From Candidatus Dormiibacterota bacterium (GTDB taxonomy: Bacteria > Chloroflexota > Dormibacteria > CF-121), in NCBI GenBank assembly GCA_035716185.1, contig DASTJZ010000172.1, positions 16,031-80,030 on the forward strand: DNA of 64,000 nt. The letters run 5' to 3'. This document shows, in pieces, positions 1 to 8,373 of this stretch. The translations under genes and the position numbers were made by a program. The first letter of the stretch is position 1; each line of letters opens with the position of its first letter. The notes under the pieces were generated by a model. It was not told the origin of the DNA. It searched no databases and was given only the letters and a program-made list of their open reading frames with translations.

Positions 1-900
1 CCGCCGCACCCGGAACGGGCCACCGTCGGCGGCATGGTGGCCGCCAATACCAGCGGGCTCAGCCGCGCCCGCTACGGCACGGTACGCGACTGGGTGATCG
101 GCATCGCGGTAGCCTACCCCTCGGGGAAGGTGGCCCGAGCCGGCGGCAAAGTGGTGAAGAACGTCGCCGGCTACGACCTCATGAAGCTGCATATCGGCGC
201 GTTGGGCACGCTGGGCGTCGTGGCCGAGGTCAATCTCAAGGTGCAGGCCAGGCCCGAGGCGGCGGCCACCCTGCTCGGGCACTTCGAGGCGCCAGCGCCG
301 GCCGTCGAGGCCGGCCTCCGCCTGGCCCGCCAGTATCTCGCCCCGGCCTCCGCCGTCGTGGTCGATCGCAACGCGCTGTGGGCTTGCGGTCTGACCGCGG
401 ATTGGCGCTGGACGCTCGCGCTCAAGCTCGAGGGCTACCGGCGCGAGGTGGACGCCGCCAAGGAGGTTGCCGCCAGGGCGATCCGCGAGGCAGGGGGCCG
501 GACCGAAGGACAGGACATCCCGGTGGGCTTCTGGGAAGCGGCTCGCGATTGGTCGGGAGCAGGTGACGATCAGGTCCTGCTGCGCGCGATCGTTCCGCTG
601 AACGGCGAGGCCACCATCATGGCCGCGCTTCCAGCCGATGGGCAGCTGATGGCCCAGCCGGGCGCCGGCATCATCGAGGCCCGCCTGCCGGCTGGCAGCG
701 CTGCCGCGGTCCTGACCCGCCTGCGCGCGGCGGCCGGCCCGGACGGCCAGGTGATCGTCGCCGCTGCACCGGCTTTGGTCAAGCAAGGACTGGATGTCTG
801 GGGACCGCCTCCGCCTGGCTTTGCCATCATGCGAGCCCTCAAGCAGGCGCTCGATCCAAATGGCATCTTGAACCCGGAGCGATTTGTGGGAGGCATCTGA
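1..900 (+). CDS. glcE: Glycolate oxidase FAD-binding subunit GlcE-like (FAD-linked oxidase, C-terminal part; 5' end outside window)
   Basis: The open frame continues from nt 1. The C-terminus ends ...KQALDPNGILNPERF, typical of GlcD/GlcE FAD-linked oxidases. It lies directly upstream of glcF. Confidence 0.7.
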   Translation, partial: PPHPERATVGGMVAANTSGLSRARYGTVRDWVIGIAVAYPSGKVARAGGKVVKNVAGYDLMKLHIGALGTLGVVAEVNLKVQARPEAAATLLGHFEAPAPAVEAGLRLARQYLAPASAVVVDRNALWACGLTADWRWTLALKLEGYRREVDAAKEVAARAIREAGGRTEGQDIPVGFWEAARDWSGAGDDQVLLRAIVPLNGEATIMAALPADGQLMAQPGAGIIEARLPAGSAAAVLTRLRAAAGPDGQVIVAAAPALVKQGLDVWGPPPPGFAIMRALKQALDPNGILNPERFVGGI

Positions 901-906
901 GACCTG

Positions 907-2265
907 ATGCCGGAGGTGGCCAGGCTCGACTTCAAGCGGCAACTCGAACGCGATGGGGTTCCGGCGCCGGCCGCCGGCATGGACATGGATCTGGTGCGCG
1001 ACTGCATCCATTGCGGGCTCTGCCTTCCCAAATGCCCGACCTTCCGCGCGCTGCACCACGAAGGGGACAGTCCACGCGGGCGGATGTGGCAGATCAAGGA
1101 GGCGACCCTGGGTCTGGTCGCATTCGACGATCCACGCTTCCAGGCGCACATCTATCAATGCTTCAATTGCCGCGCCTGCGAAACGGCCTGTCCCTCCGGC
1201 GTGCAGTTCGGCGCGGTCATGGAACTGGCGCGGGCGCAAACCCCGCCCCAGAATCGGCGCGATCGAATGGTGCGCGGGCTGCTGCTCAATGGCTTGCTGC
1301 CGCATCCTGGACGGCTGCGGATCGCCGGTTGGCTGTATCGGCTTTCGCGGGCGCTGCGCCTCCCCGGCCTGTTGCGCCGCTTCGGGGCGTGGAGGATCAT
1401 GCCGCTGGGCAAGTTTGCCGCCTTCCCGCCCGCCGGGGACGTGCGACCCGGCCAGGTTCCTCTTCCGGCCTTGATGCCGGCGCAGGGCGCACGCCGCGGC
1501 CGGGTGGGCCTGTTGAGCGGTTGCATCCAGGACGAAATGTTCCATGGGACCAACCGCCGGACTGCCCTGGCACTGGTGATGAACGGTTTCGAGGTGATCC
1601 TCCCCCACGAGAGGGTCTGCTGTGGCGCGCTGGCCTCGCATGCGGGCGAGGCGAAAACCGCCGAGCGGCTGGCAGCCCGAACCATGGAGGCCTTCAGCGG
1701 GCTCCAGGCGGACGCCGTGATCGTCAATGCCGCGGGTTGCGGCTCGAACATGAAGGAGTACGAGCTGCAGCTGCGCAACGATCCCCGGCGCCGCCAGGCC
1801 GGCAAGGAATTTTCCGCCACGGTCCGGGACGCATCGCAGTTCCTGGTTGACCACGGACTTCAACCCCCCGCGCACCGGATCGCGCTGCGCGTCGCCTACC
1901 AGGACCCCTGTCACCTGGTGCATGGTCAGAAGATCCACCAGCAGCCTCGCCAGGCGCTCAAAATGATCCCCGGCATCGAACTGGTGGAGATGCAAGAGAG
2001 CGACTGGTGTTGTGGGTCGGCCGGTGTCTACAACCTCACCCATCCAGAGATCGCCGAGCAGGCGCTGAGCTGGAAGGTCCGGCACATCCTGGAATCGGGG
2101 GCCCAGGTCGTCGCCTCGGCAAACCCGGGTTGCATCCTGCAAATCGGCATGGGGCTGCAGCGGGCCGGACACGACATTCCGGTCGTGCACGTGATGGACC
2201 TGCTGGGCTGGGCCTACGGCGACGCGGGCGAGAAGCCGGCCGTGGTTCGCCGCGCCATGATGTGA
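907..2265 (+). CDS. glcF: Glycolate oxidase iron-sulfur subunit GlcF (4Fe-4S dicluster plus two CCG domains)
   Basis: Ferredoxin-type Cys motifs are present (CIHCGLCLPKCPTF, CFNCRACETACPSG). The C-terminal half carries cysteine-rich CCG repeats. Length is 452 aa. Confidence 0.85.
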   Translation: MPEVARLDFKRQLERDGVPAPAAGMDMDLVRDCIHCGLCLPKCPTFRALHHEGDSPRGRMWQIKEATLGLVAFDDPRFQAHIYQCFNCRACETACPSGVQFGAVMELARAQTPPQNRRDRMVRGLLLNGLLPHPGRLRIAGWLYRLSRALRLPGLLRRFGAWRIMPLGKFAAFPPAGDVRPGQVPLPALMPAQGARRGRVGLLSGCIQDEMFHGTNRRTALALVMNGFEVILPHERVCCGALASHAGEAKTAERLAARTMEAFSGLQADAVIVNAAGCGSNMKEYELQLRNDPRRRQAGKEFSATVRDASQFLVDHGLQPPAHRIALRVAYQDPCHLVHGQKIHQQPRQALKMIPGIELVEMQESDWCCGSAGVYNLTHPEIAEQALSWKVRHILESGAQVVASANPGCILQIGMGLQRAGHDIPVVHVMDLLGWAYGDAGEKPAVVRRAMM

Positions 2266-3314
2266 GCGAGGCGGTCCTCTCGCGACGCGGCGCCATCGAC
2301 GACCCCTGGCTCAACGATCTTTCGACGACCATCTGGTCGAAGCCAGAGTTCAGCATGGTACCGATCGATGTCGACACGGTGCCACTCGGCTCTTACAGTG
2401 GTCCACCACTCGATGAGCGCGGCCCGCGACTCGTGTTCTGCGGGATTCCCTCCGATTACGGCACGGCCTTCTTCCTTCACCTGATCGAGCAACGCGCCAA
2501 CATCGTGGCTGCGGTCTGTAGCGCGCGCTGGCAGCGGACCCATCCCAAGGCGGACCTGGTCGCTCGAATCGCGGGGCACCTGGGCAGACCGGTCGAGGTG
2601 ACCGCCGACGCCAATGCCGACAGCTTCATCCGAAGCCTGCAGGGCTACGCCCCGGACGTCGTCGTGATGGCGAGCTTCGACCAGATCCTGGCGGCGCCCA
2701 CCCTGGCGGTGCCCGGACGGGGCTGGCTCAACGTCCATCCGTCGCTGCTGCCCCGTCATCGCGGCCCGGAGCCGATCTACTGGACCATCGTCAAGGGCGA
2801 CCGCGAGGCCGGAATCACTGTCCACCTCACCGAGCCGCGCATCGATGCCGGACCCATCCTTGCGCAGCGGCGAATTGACGTGCGACCGGGTGACACCGCC
2901 GGCACGCTGAGCAAGCGGCTGGTGGCCGAGGGCCTTGCTGCGCTCGACGACACGCTCGCCGCGTTGCGGAGCGGCCGCACCAGGCCGGTCCCGGCCGACA
3001 TCAGCCGCGGGAGCTATGAGCCGCCGGTCCAGAGGACCGAGTTGGACTGGGACCAGCCATTTGCGCAGATCGACCGCCTGATTCGGGCCGGCCACCCGGA
3101 CCAGCCGCCGTTTTTCACCTACCGCGGCCGGCGCCGCTTCGCCGACGCCGCCCGCTCCATCAAGCCACGCGCCGGCGAGCCGCTGGGCGTCAGTGAAGCC
3201 CCGCTGTCCGGCGAGATGCTGGCCGTCGTCCGGGATGCGGTGGTTGCCATCCGCTGGCGACCCGTCGGCCATACCCATGCCTCGCTGCCGCAGGCCAGGC
3301 AACACTTCCCGTAA
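2262..3314 (+). CDS. Formyltransferase family protein (Fmt/ArnA-like N-terminal formyl-transferase domain plus C-terminal domain)
   Basis: The catalytic region reads HPSLLPRHRGPEPIYWTIVKGDREAGITVHLTEPRIDAGPIL. The GTG start at 2262 overlaps the glcF stop (GTGA). An alternative ATG start lies at 2355. The six-frame track ORF from 2007 over-extends. Confidence 0.7.
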   Translation: MSEAVLSRRGAIDDPWLNDLSTTIWSKPEFSMVPIDVDTVPLGSYSGPPLDERGPRLVFCGIPSDYGTAFFLHLIEQRANIVAAVCSARWQRTHPKADLVARIAGHLGRPVEVTADANADSFIRSLQGYAPDVVVMASFDQILAAPTLAVPGRGWLNVHPSLLPRHRGPEPIYWTIVKGDREAGITVHLTEPRIDAGPILAQRRIDVRPGDTAGTLSKRLVAEGLAALDDTLAALRSGRTRPVPADISRGSYEPPVQRTELDWDQPFAQIDRLIRAGHPDQPPFFTYRGRRRFADAARSIKPRAGEPLGVSEAPLSGEMLAVVRDAVVAIRWRPVGHTHASLPQARQHFP

Positions 3315-3334
3315 CGCCCGCGTTACAACTCGAC

Positions 3335-3366
3335 TTGTCGGGATCTCGAATGGCAGGCCCTATAAT
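3335..3366 (+). promoter_or_regulatory. Candidate promoter for the IscA-like gene, with a perfect TATAAT -10 at 3361-3366
   Basis: TATAAT ends 8 nt before the ATG at 3375, so the mRNA would be leaderless or nearly so. A possible -35, TTGTCG at 3335-3340, sits at a suboptimal 20-nt spacing. Confidence 0.3.
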
Positions 3367-3374
3367 TGGGCCAC

Positions 3375-3767
3375 ATGGCTCAAGAAATGATCGAACAAGA
3401 CACCCAGCTGATCAGCATCACGGATTCGGCCCTTGGCCAGTTGCGCGACCTGCTCCAGAAGCAGGGCCGCCCGGAGATGGGCCTGCGCGTCTTCGTCCAG
3501 CCGGGTGGCTGCTCGGGGATGTCCTACGGGATGGGCTTCGAGGACCAGGCGGAAGAGGGCGATGCCATCAGTGAAGTTGGCGGCGTCCGTCTCTTTGTTG
3601 ACTCGGTCAGCGCGCGGTACATCAAGGGCGCCGAGATCGACTTCGTCGACAGCTTGATGGGCGGCGGCTTTACGGTCCACAACCCTAACGCCGTCTCGAG
3701 CTGCGCTTGCGGCAGCTCGTTCGACACCGGCGGTGACGCCGGCACCGCACGCGGCTGCAGCCACTGA
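3375..3767 (+). CDS. A-type iron-sulfur cluster carrier (IscA/ErpA/HesB family)
   Basis: The protein is ~120 aa and its C-terminal half matches the HesB/IscA family. It contains the ...VQPGGCSGMSYGMGFEDQ... region and a C-terminal CxCGSSF motif (SSCACGSSF). Confidence 0.8.
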   Translation: MAQEMIEQDTQLISITDSALGQLRDLLQKQGRPEMGLRVFVQPGGCSGMSYGMGFEDQAEEGDAISEVGGVRLFVDSVSARYIKGAEIDFVDSLMGGGFTVHNPNAVSSCACGSSFDTGGDAGTARGCSH

Positions 3768-3771
3768 TTGT

Positions 3772-3808
3772 CCGGAAATCTGAGAGCGATTCCCGGGGAA
3801 TCTGAGTG
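3772..3808. promoter_or_regulatory. Direct repeats GGAAATCTGAGAG / GGGAATCTGAGTG (12/13 identical) spaced 21 bp apart, upstream of the response-regulator gene
   Basis: Repeat units lie at 3775-3787 and 3796-3808. A third degenerate copy, CCGGGGAAATTTCGG, lies at 3850-3864 inside the promoter spacer. Confidence 0.35.
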
Positions 3809-3844
3809 AGTTGTTGGGGGGCATTTACGTCATAAACCGGTGCA

Positions 3845-3873
3845 TTGACCCGGGGAAATTTCGGCCTTAGGCT
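3845..3873 (+). promoter_or_regulatory. Candidate sigma-70-type promoter TTGACC-N17-TAGGCT for the response regulator gene
   Basis: The -35 TTGACC is at 3845-3850, followed by a 17-nt spacer and a -10 TAGGCT at 3868-3873. The ATG lies at 3894. Confidence 0.3.
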
Positions 3874-3893
3874 GAGGCCCTCAAAAGGCATAA

Positions 3894-4322
3894 ATGGCAC
3901 CCCAGCCCCGCGTCCTGATGATCGAAGATCATCCTGAAATTGTCGAGCTGTACCAGCTCAAACTTCAACTCGATGGGTATCGCGTGGCGGTCGCCTCGGA
4001 CGGGGTCTCGGGTCTGGAGATGGCGCGCGGTCTGTTACCAGACGTTGTCCTGCTCGATATCCATCTGCCGCAGCTGGATGGCCTGCAATTGCTCAACGCA
4101 CTCCGTAAGGACGATGAAACTCGCGGCCTCGCCGTGGTGTGCTTCAGCGAAGACGACAGTCCGGAGCTGATTCGCGAGGCGGAGCGGTTGAGCGCCGACG
4201 CTTACCTGTTGAAGTCGCGCCTGCTCCCAAGCGGGCTCAGCCGTACGGTCGCCGAAGTCCTGCGCAATCACGGCCCTCTTTCAGCCGAGCTGGATGCCGT
4301 CGAGGCCGCGCCGGCATCCTGA
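3894..4322 (+). CDS. Single-domain response regulator (CheY-like receiver)
   Basis: The receiver region reads LMIEDHPEIVELYQLKLQLDGYRVAVASDGVSGLEMARGLLPDVVLLDIHLPQLDGLQLL. Length is 142 aa and there is no output domain. Confidence 0.85.
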   Translation: MAPQPRVLMIEDHPEIVELYQLKLQLDGYRVAVASDGVSGLEMARGLLPDVVLLDIHLPQLDGLQLLNALRKDDETRGLAVVCFSEDDSPELIREAERLSADAYLLKSRLLPSGLSRTVAEVLRNHGPLSAELDAVEAAPAS

Positions 4323-4367
4323 TCGGGCTGAACTCTTAGCACCTTCTTAGGCCGCCGTCATCGTCCC

Positions 4368-5171
4368 TTGAATTCCTTGCACCAAAATGGGCCCATGACG
4401 GCGACCCGTCGCTATCCCACCTTGGTCGTCGTGCTGGCCCTGCTGGTCGCGCTCGCCGCGGGGGCGGTCAGTGCTCAGCTCATCCTTGGCCGGCCGAATC
4501 CAACCACGCCCGTGGCGCTGAACACCACCGCCACGGCCAGCGGAATCGCGGCACACACTGCTGTTTCACCCGCCGCGATCTACAAACAGGCGTTGCCCGG
4601 GGTGGTCACGATCACGACGCAAGCAGGCCTCCCCGGCCGTGGTCAGGGTACGGGATCGGGGATTGTGCTGAATCGGAATGGTGACATCCTCACCAATAAC
4701 CACGTGGTCAGCGGCGCCAGCCAACTCCAGGTCATGTTCCACGACGGGGCGACCGCGGCGGCCACGGTGACCCGCACCGATCCGGCAAACGACCTGGCGG
4801 TCATCAAGGTGTCGGCCAACGCCTCAAGGCTGCACCCATTGAGCCTGGGCAACTCGGACAACGTGCTGGTCGGTGATAGCGTGTACGCGATCGGCGCCCC
4901 CTTCGGCTACGCCGAGTCGATGGTCGCGGGGATTGTTTCGGGCTTGAACCGAACCGACGACGCCTCGGGACTGCATGGTCTGATCCAGACCGATGCCCGC
5001 ACCAACCCGGGGAATTCCGGCGGCCCTCTCCTCAACACGCTGGGTCAGGTGATCGGCGTCAACGTCGCCATCGATAGCCCGGTCCAGGGCAGCGTCGGGG
5101 TCGGCTTTGCCATCCCGATCAACCTCGCGAAGTCGCTGATCGGCTCGAGCGAGAGCGGCTCTGGCATCTAG
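4368..5171 (+). CDS. Membrane-anchored trypsin-like serine protease (S1C/HtrA-like, no PDZ)
   Basis: There is an N-terminal TM helix. The catalytic triad context is TNNHVV...NDLAVIKV...GNSGGPLLN. Confidence 0.8.
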   Translation: MNSLHQNGPMTATRRYPTLVVVLALLVALAAGAVSAQLILGRPNPTTPVALNTTATASGIAAHTAVSPAAIYKQALPGVVTITTQAGLPGRGQGTGSGIVLNRNGDILTNNHVVSGASQLQVMFHDGATAAATVTRTDPANDLAVIKVSANASRLHPLSLGNSDNVLVGDSVYAIGAPFGYAESMVAGIVSGLNRTDDASGLHGLIQTDARTNPGNSGGPLLNTLGQVIGVNVAIDSPVQGSVGVGFAIPINLAKSLIGSSESGSGI

Positions 5172-5184
5172 CGGCACCGGCCCG

Positions 5185-5709
5185 CTACGGCTCGAGGATA
5201 TGCACCGCGGTCAGATTTCGATAGAGCTCGTCGTAGTCAAGGCCGTAACCGACCACGAAATGGTTGGGGATATCGAACCCCTTGTAGGCGATGGGAACAG
5301 GGGTAATCCGGCGCTCCTCTTTGTTGAGCAGGACGCAGAGCTTGAGCGACGCGGGACGATGCCGCTGCACGTGCTCGAAGAGAAATGAGGTTGTCAAACC
5401 GGTGTCGATGATGTCCTCCACCATCAGGACGTCCCGGCCGGCCACGTCCATGGTCAGGTCCTTGAGCAGCTGGACGTGGCCCGACGATTCCGTCCCCGAG
5501 CCGTAGCTGCTGACGGCGACGTAATCGAAATTCACGGGCACCTCGATGTTCCGGCTGAGGTCGGTGGCAAAACAGACCGAGCCCTTCAGCACCGAGAGCA
5601 GGATCAGGGGCCGGTCAACGGACGCATAGTCTTTTGAGATCTGACCGGCGAGCTCCTGGACTCGGCGTTGAATCGCGTCGGCACTCAGTAACTGGCGGCC
5701 GAGTTTCAA
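5185..5709 (-). CDS. hpt: Hypoxanthine-guanine phosphoribosyltransferase
   Basis: A PRPP-binding motif, VLMVEDIIDTGLT, is present. Length is 174 aa, typical of Hpt. Confidence 0.9.
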   Translation of the reverse strand: MKLGRQLLSADAIQRRVQELAGQISKDYASVDRPLILLSVLKGSVCFATDLSRNIEVPVNFDYVAVSSYGSGTESSGHVQLLKDLTMDVAGRDVLMVEDIIDTGLTTSFLFEHVQRHRPASLKLCVLLNKEERRITPVPIAYKGFDIPNHFVVGYGLDYDELYRNLTAVHILEP

Positions 5710-5737
5710 TTCCGTGGCGGCGATGGTAGGGCCAACT

Positions 5738-6253
5738 TTACTCGGTGGGCGCCACCAGAAAGATCCAGATGTCCCATGCCACGTGGCTGATGATCAGTGG
5801 GGCCAGCCGCTGGTCCCGGGCGTAAAGCGCTCCCCAGAAGAGGCCGGCGGTGCCGGCGGCTCCCGTCAAGGTCAGGTTCTCTGACACCAGGTGGACGGCG
5901 CCATAGGCGGCTGCCGCCAGCAGCCAGCCGGCCATCGCGCCGTAGCGCCGGTGGAGATTGCGCTGGATAAGGCCCCGCCAGAAGAGTTCTTCGCCCGGGC
6001 CGATGACGAGCGCGAGTGCCGTGGTGATCGCCGGGCGTGGCGCGACGGTGCGCAGCTCGTAGATGGCGCCGATATCCTGCGCCCCGGCCGGCATGATGCG
6101 CCGTGCCATCCGGTCGCCCACCTGGAAGATGCCGTAGAGCGCGGCCGCCGAGCCCAGTCCGGTCACCAGGTCTCGACCACGTGGCCGTTCGCGCCGTATG
6201 GCCGGCTCGGTCGCCAGCGCATACAATCCCAGACTGCCGACGCCGAGCGTCAT
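5738..6253 (-). CDS. CPBP family intramembrane metalloprotease (CAAX protease/Abi)
   Basis: The EELFWRG and HxxWD motifs are present (GEELFWRGLIQRNL, ISHVAWDIWIF). The protein is multi-TM. Confidence 0.7.
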   Translation of the reverse strand: MTLGVGSLGLYALATEPAIRRERPRGRDLVTGLGSAAALYGIFQVGDRMARRIMPAGAQDIGAIYELRTVAPRPAITTALALVIGPGEELFWRGLIQRNLHRRYGAMAGWLLAAAAYGAVHLVSENLTLTGAAGTAGLFWGALYARDQRLAPLIISHVAWDIWIFLVAPTE

Positions 6254-6336
6254 CCGCAGCCAGAACCGCGAACGGGGGCCGCGGAAGGCCGCGGTCCAGG
6301 CCGCGCTGGCCAGGGCGAGGCCGGTGAGAACGCGCT

Positions 6337-8316
6337 TCAGTGGAGACCGGATCCGGCGATGAGCCCGACCAGAAGCAGCGCCCCGAAGGCACTGTGCAAC
6401 CGAGCCGTCATCAGGTCAATCATGGCGATGGCCCGCAGATGGCCCTGGGCTCCCAGCTCGGCCGACCGCAGAATCCAGGCCATCAACGGCAGGCTCAGCA
6501 GGGTCAACAGCGCCAGCTTCGGCAACGCTCCGACCATGACGGCGAGCCCGACGGCCACGTAGGCGCCCAGCACCAGCATGACGTAGATCCAGTGCGCGGC
6601 GTCACGCCCTAACTGGGCTGAGAGGGTGGTGAAGCCATGGCGCGAATCCTCGGCGACGTCGCGCCACTCGTTGCCGTGCAGGATGGCCGCCACCAGGAGG
6701 CCGACTGGCACGGAGACCACGATCAGGCTGGGATCAAAGGTTCCGGTGACCGCGTAGTAGGAGCCGATCACCATCAACGGGCCCATCAAGACGAAGACCA
6801 GGGGCAGTCCCAGCGCGCGATATTTGTACTGGAAGGGCGGCGCCGTGTAGAAGTAGCCGCCGACGAAGCCGATCAATCCGAGCAGGATGATCGGCAAACC
6901 GCGATTGATCGTCAGGAAGACGCCCATCAGCAGCGCGATCGCAAAGCCGGTCCAGGCTACCGCGAACGCACCGCGTTCCGTGATGCGCCCTTTGAGAATG
7001 GCCATCGACATCCGGGGTGACGTGATCGAGTCGATGCCGTGGCGCACGTCGTAGATCTCATTGACCACATTGGTGCCGATGTGCAGGCCGAGAGCGCCGA
7101 TCAGCGCCGCGAGAAAGAGCAGCCAGTGCATGCGGCCCTGGCCGAGGGCAACGGCGCCGCCGACCGAAACGGGTAACACCGATGCGGTGAAGGCGAAGGG
7201 ACGCATCACCTCCCAGGCTCCACCGGCGCGCCGCAGAATCGGCGTTCCGGCGCTGACTCCTCCCCGCGCCGCAGCGGTTTGGTCGACCGGGGGTGCTACC
7301 GCGGCTGCCGCACCGTGCGTGCCATAGGTGACCGCAGCATCGAGCACCGCCTTGACCTGGGCTTCTTCTTGCAGGATCGGCTGCAACAGCGGTACGTCCA
7401 TACCCGCCTCATCGTGGTAGGCGGCGGTGCGGGCCGCGATTTCATCGACGGTGCCGCAGAGGATGAAGGCGTCCAATAACTCGTCGGGAATCAGCCCGCC
7501 CGCCTTGTGGTAGTCCTCGGCCCGCCAGGCGGCAGCGATCTGGCTCCGCAACTGCGGGTCGAAGCCAGCGCGCTTCAGCGAGATGTCACTGAGCACCGAG
7601 ATCATGTAGATGACAAACGGCTCACGTTTCGCCCGGTTGAGCGCCTCCTGGCGGCTGCTGTCGATCAGACACAACAGGTAGCCGCGGAAGTCGATGTCGG
7701 CGGCAGTCCGACCGTGGGACGCGGCGGTCTCGAGCACGCGAGCCCGCATCTTTTTATATGCCGGCAACGATTCGGCCGGGCGCCCCAGGTAACCGTCGGC
7801 TTTTTCTCCGCAGAGGTCGAGAAATGGCGTGCGGTAGGCCGCGATGTAGATGGGAATGCGGTGCGGCGGCTGAAACATTGGTTGTAGCGGGGGAACCTTG
7901 TCGTTCAGCTTCAGCGGTTCGCCGCGCCAGAGCTGGCGGATCTGATCGATGGCGACGGAGACGCGGGCGACGGTGTCGTCATATGGGATCGCCATCTGGG
8001 ACAGCCGCAACGGCAACCCGCTGCCCAGCGCTAAGGTGCAGCGGCGTGGCGCCAGGTCGTCGAGCGCGGACAGGGTCATGGCGACCACAACGGGATGCCG
8101 GGTGTACGGGTTGAGCGCCCCGGCGCCGAGCCCGATGCGACGCGTCACCTGACCGATCGCCGTCAGGTAGGTGATCGGATCGCGTTCGAAGTAGCTGTCG
8201 TGGACCCAGACCGAGTCCAGGCCCAGATCTTCGGCTTGTCTCGCCCAGGACGCCGCCTCCTTGATGTCGCCGCGCGCGGCGAGCCCGAGGCCAACCCGGC
8301 GTCCGAACTCTGCCAC
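6337..8316 (-). CDS. Fusion protein: N-terminal LLM-class flavin (possibly F420)-dependent oxidoreductase plus C-terminal MenA/UbiA-family prenyltransferase
   Basis: The first ~340 aa carry LLM motifs (GLDSVWVHDSYF, RIGLGAGALNPYTRHP, LSALDDL...LALGSGL). An Ala-rich linker follows. The second domain has UbiA/MenA motifs (NEIYDVRHGID, HGNEWRDVAEDSRHGFTTL) and 8-9 TM helices. It is a single uninterrupted ORF of 659 aa. Confidence 0.75.
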   Translation of the reverse strand: MAEFGRRVGLGLAARGDIKEAASWARQAEDLGLDSVWVHDSYFERDPITYLTAIGQVTRRIGLGAGALNPYTRHPVVVAMTLSALDDLAPRRCTLALGSGLPLRLSQMAIPYDDTVARVSVAIDQIRQLWRGEPLKLNDKVPPLQPMFQPPHRIPIYIAAYRTPFLDLCGEKADGYLGRPAESLPAYKKMRARVLETAASHGRTAADIDFRGYLLCLIDSSRQEALNRAKREPFVIYMISVLSDISLKRAGFDPQLRSQIAAAWRAEDYHKAGGLIPDELLDAFILCGTVDEIAARTAAYHDEAGMDVPLLQPILQEEAQVKAVLDAAVTYGTHGAAAAVAPPVDQTAAARGGVSAGTPILRRAGGAWEVMRPFAFTASVLPVSVGGAVALGQGRMHWLLFLAALIGALGLHIGTNVVNEIYDVRHGIDSITSPRMSMAILKGRITERGAFAVAWTGFAIALLMGVFLTINRGLPIILLGLIGFVGGYFYTAPPFQYKYRALGLPLVFVLMGPLMVIGSYYAVTGTFDPSLIVVSVPVGLLVAAILHGNEWRDVAEDSRHGFTTLSAQLGRDAAHWIYVMLVLGAYVAVGLAVMVGALPKLALLTLLSLPLMAWILRSAELGAQGHLRAIAMIDLMTARLHSAFGALLLVGLIAGSGLH

Positions 8317-8373
8317 GAGAACAGGATAATCGTGAACGTGGGGCAGCCAGCGCGGGCCGACCGGATTCGGCAG

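Noticed and set aside
171-1151. Minus-strand ORFs 171..425 and 570..1151 inside glcE/glcF
   Set aside because: They are antisense to strongly homology-supported genes and have Arg/Ser/Pro/Ala-rich composition typical of GC-driven spurious frames.
2214-3305. 363-aa minus-strand ORF opposite the formyltransferase gene
   Set aside because: It lies in the antisense frame of a gene with clear catalytic motifs. It has no homology signal and its composition is low-complexity.
5706-6392. 228-aa minus-strand ORF overlapping the CPBP protease gene in another frame
   Set aside because: The CPBP frame carries the EELFWRG and HxxWD motifs. The alternative frame is Arg/Gly/Pro-rich junk.
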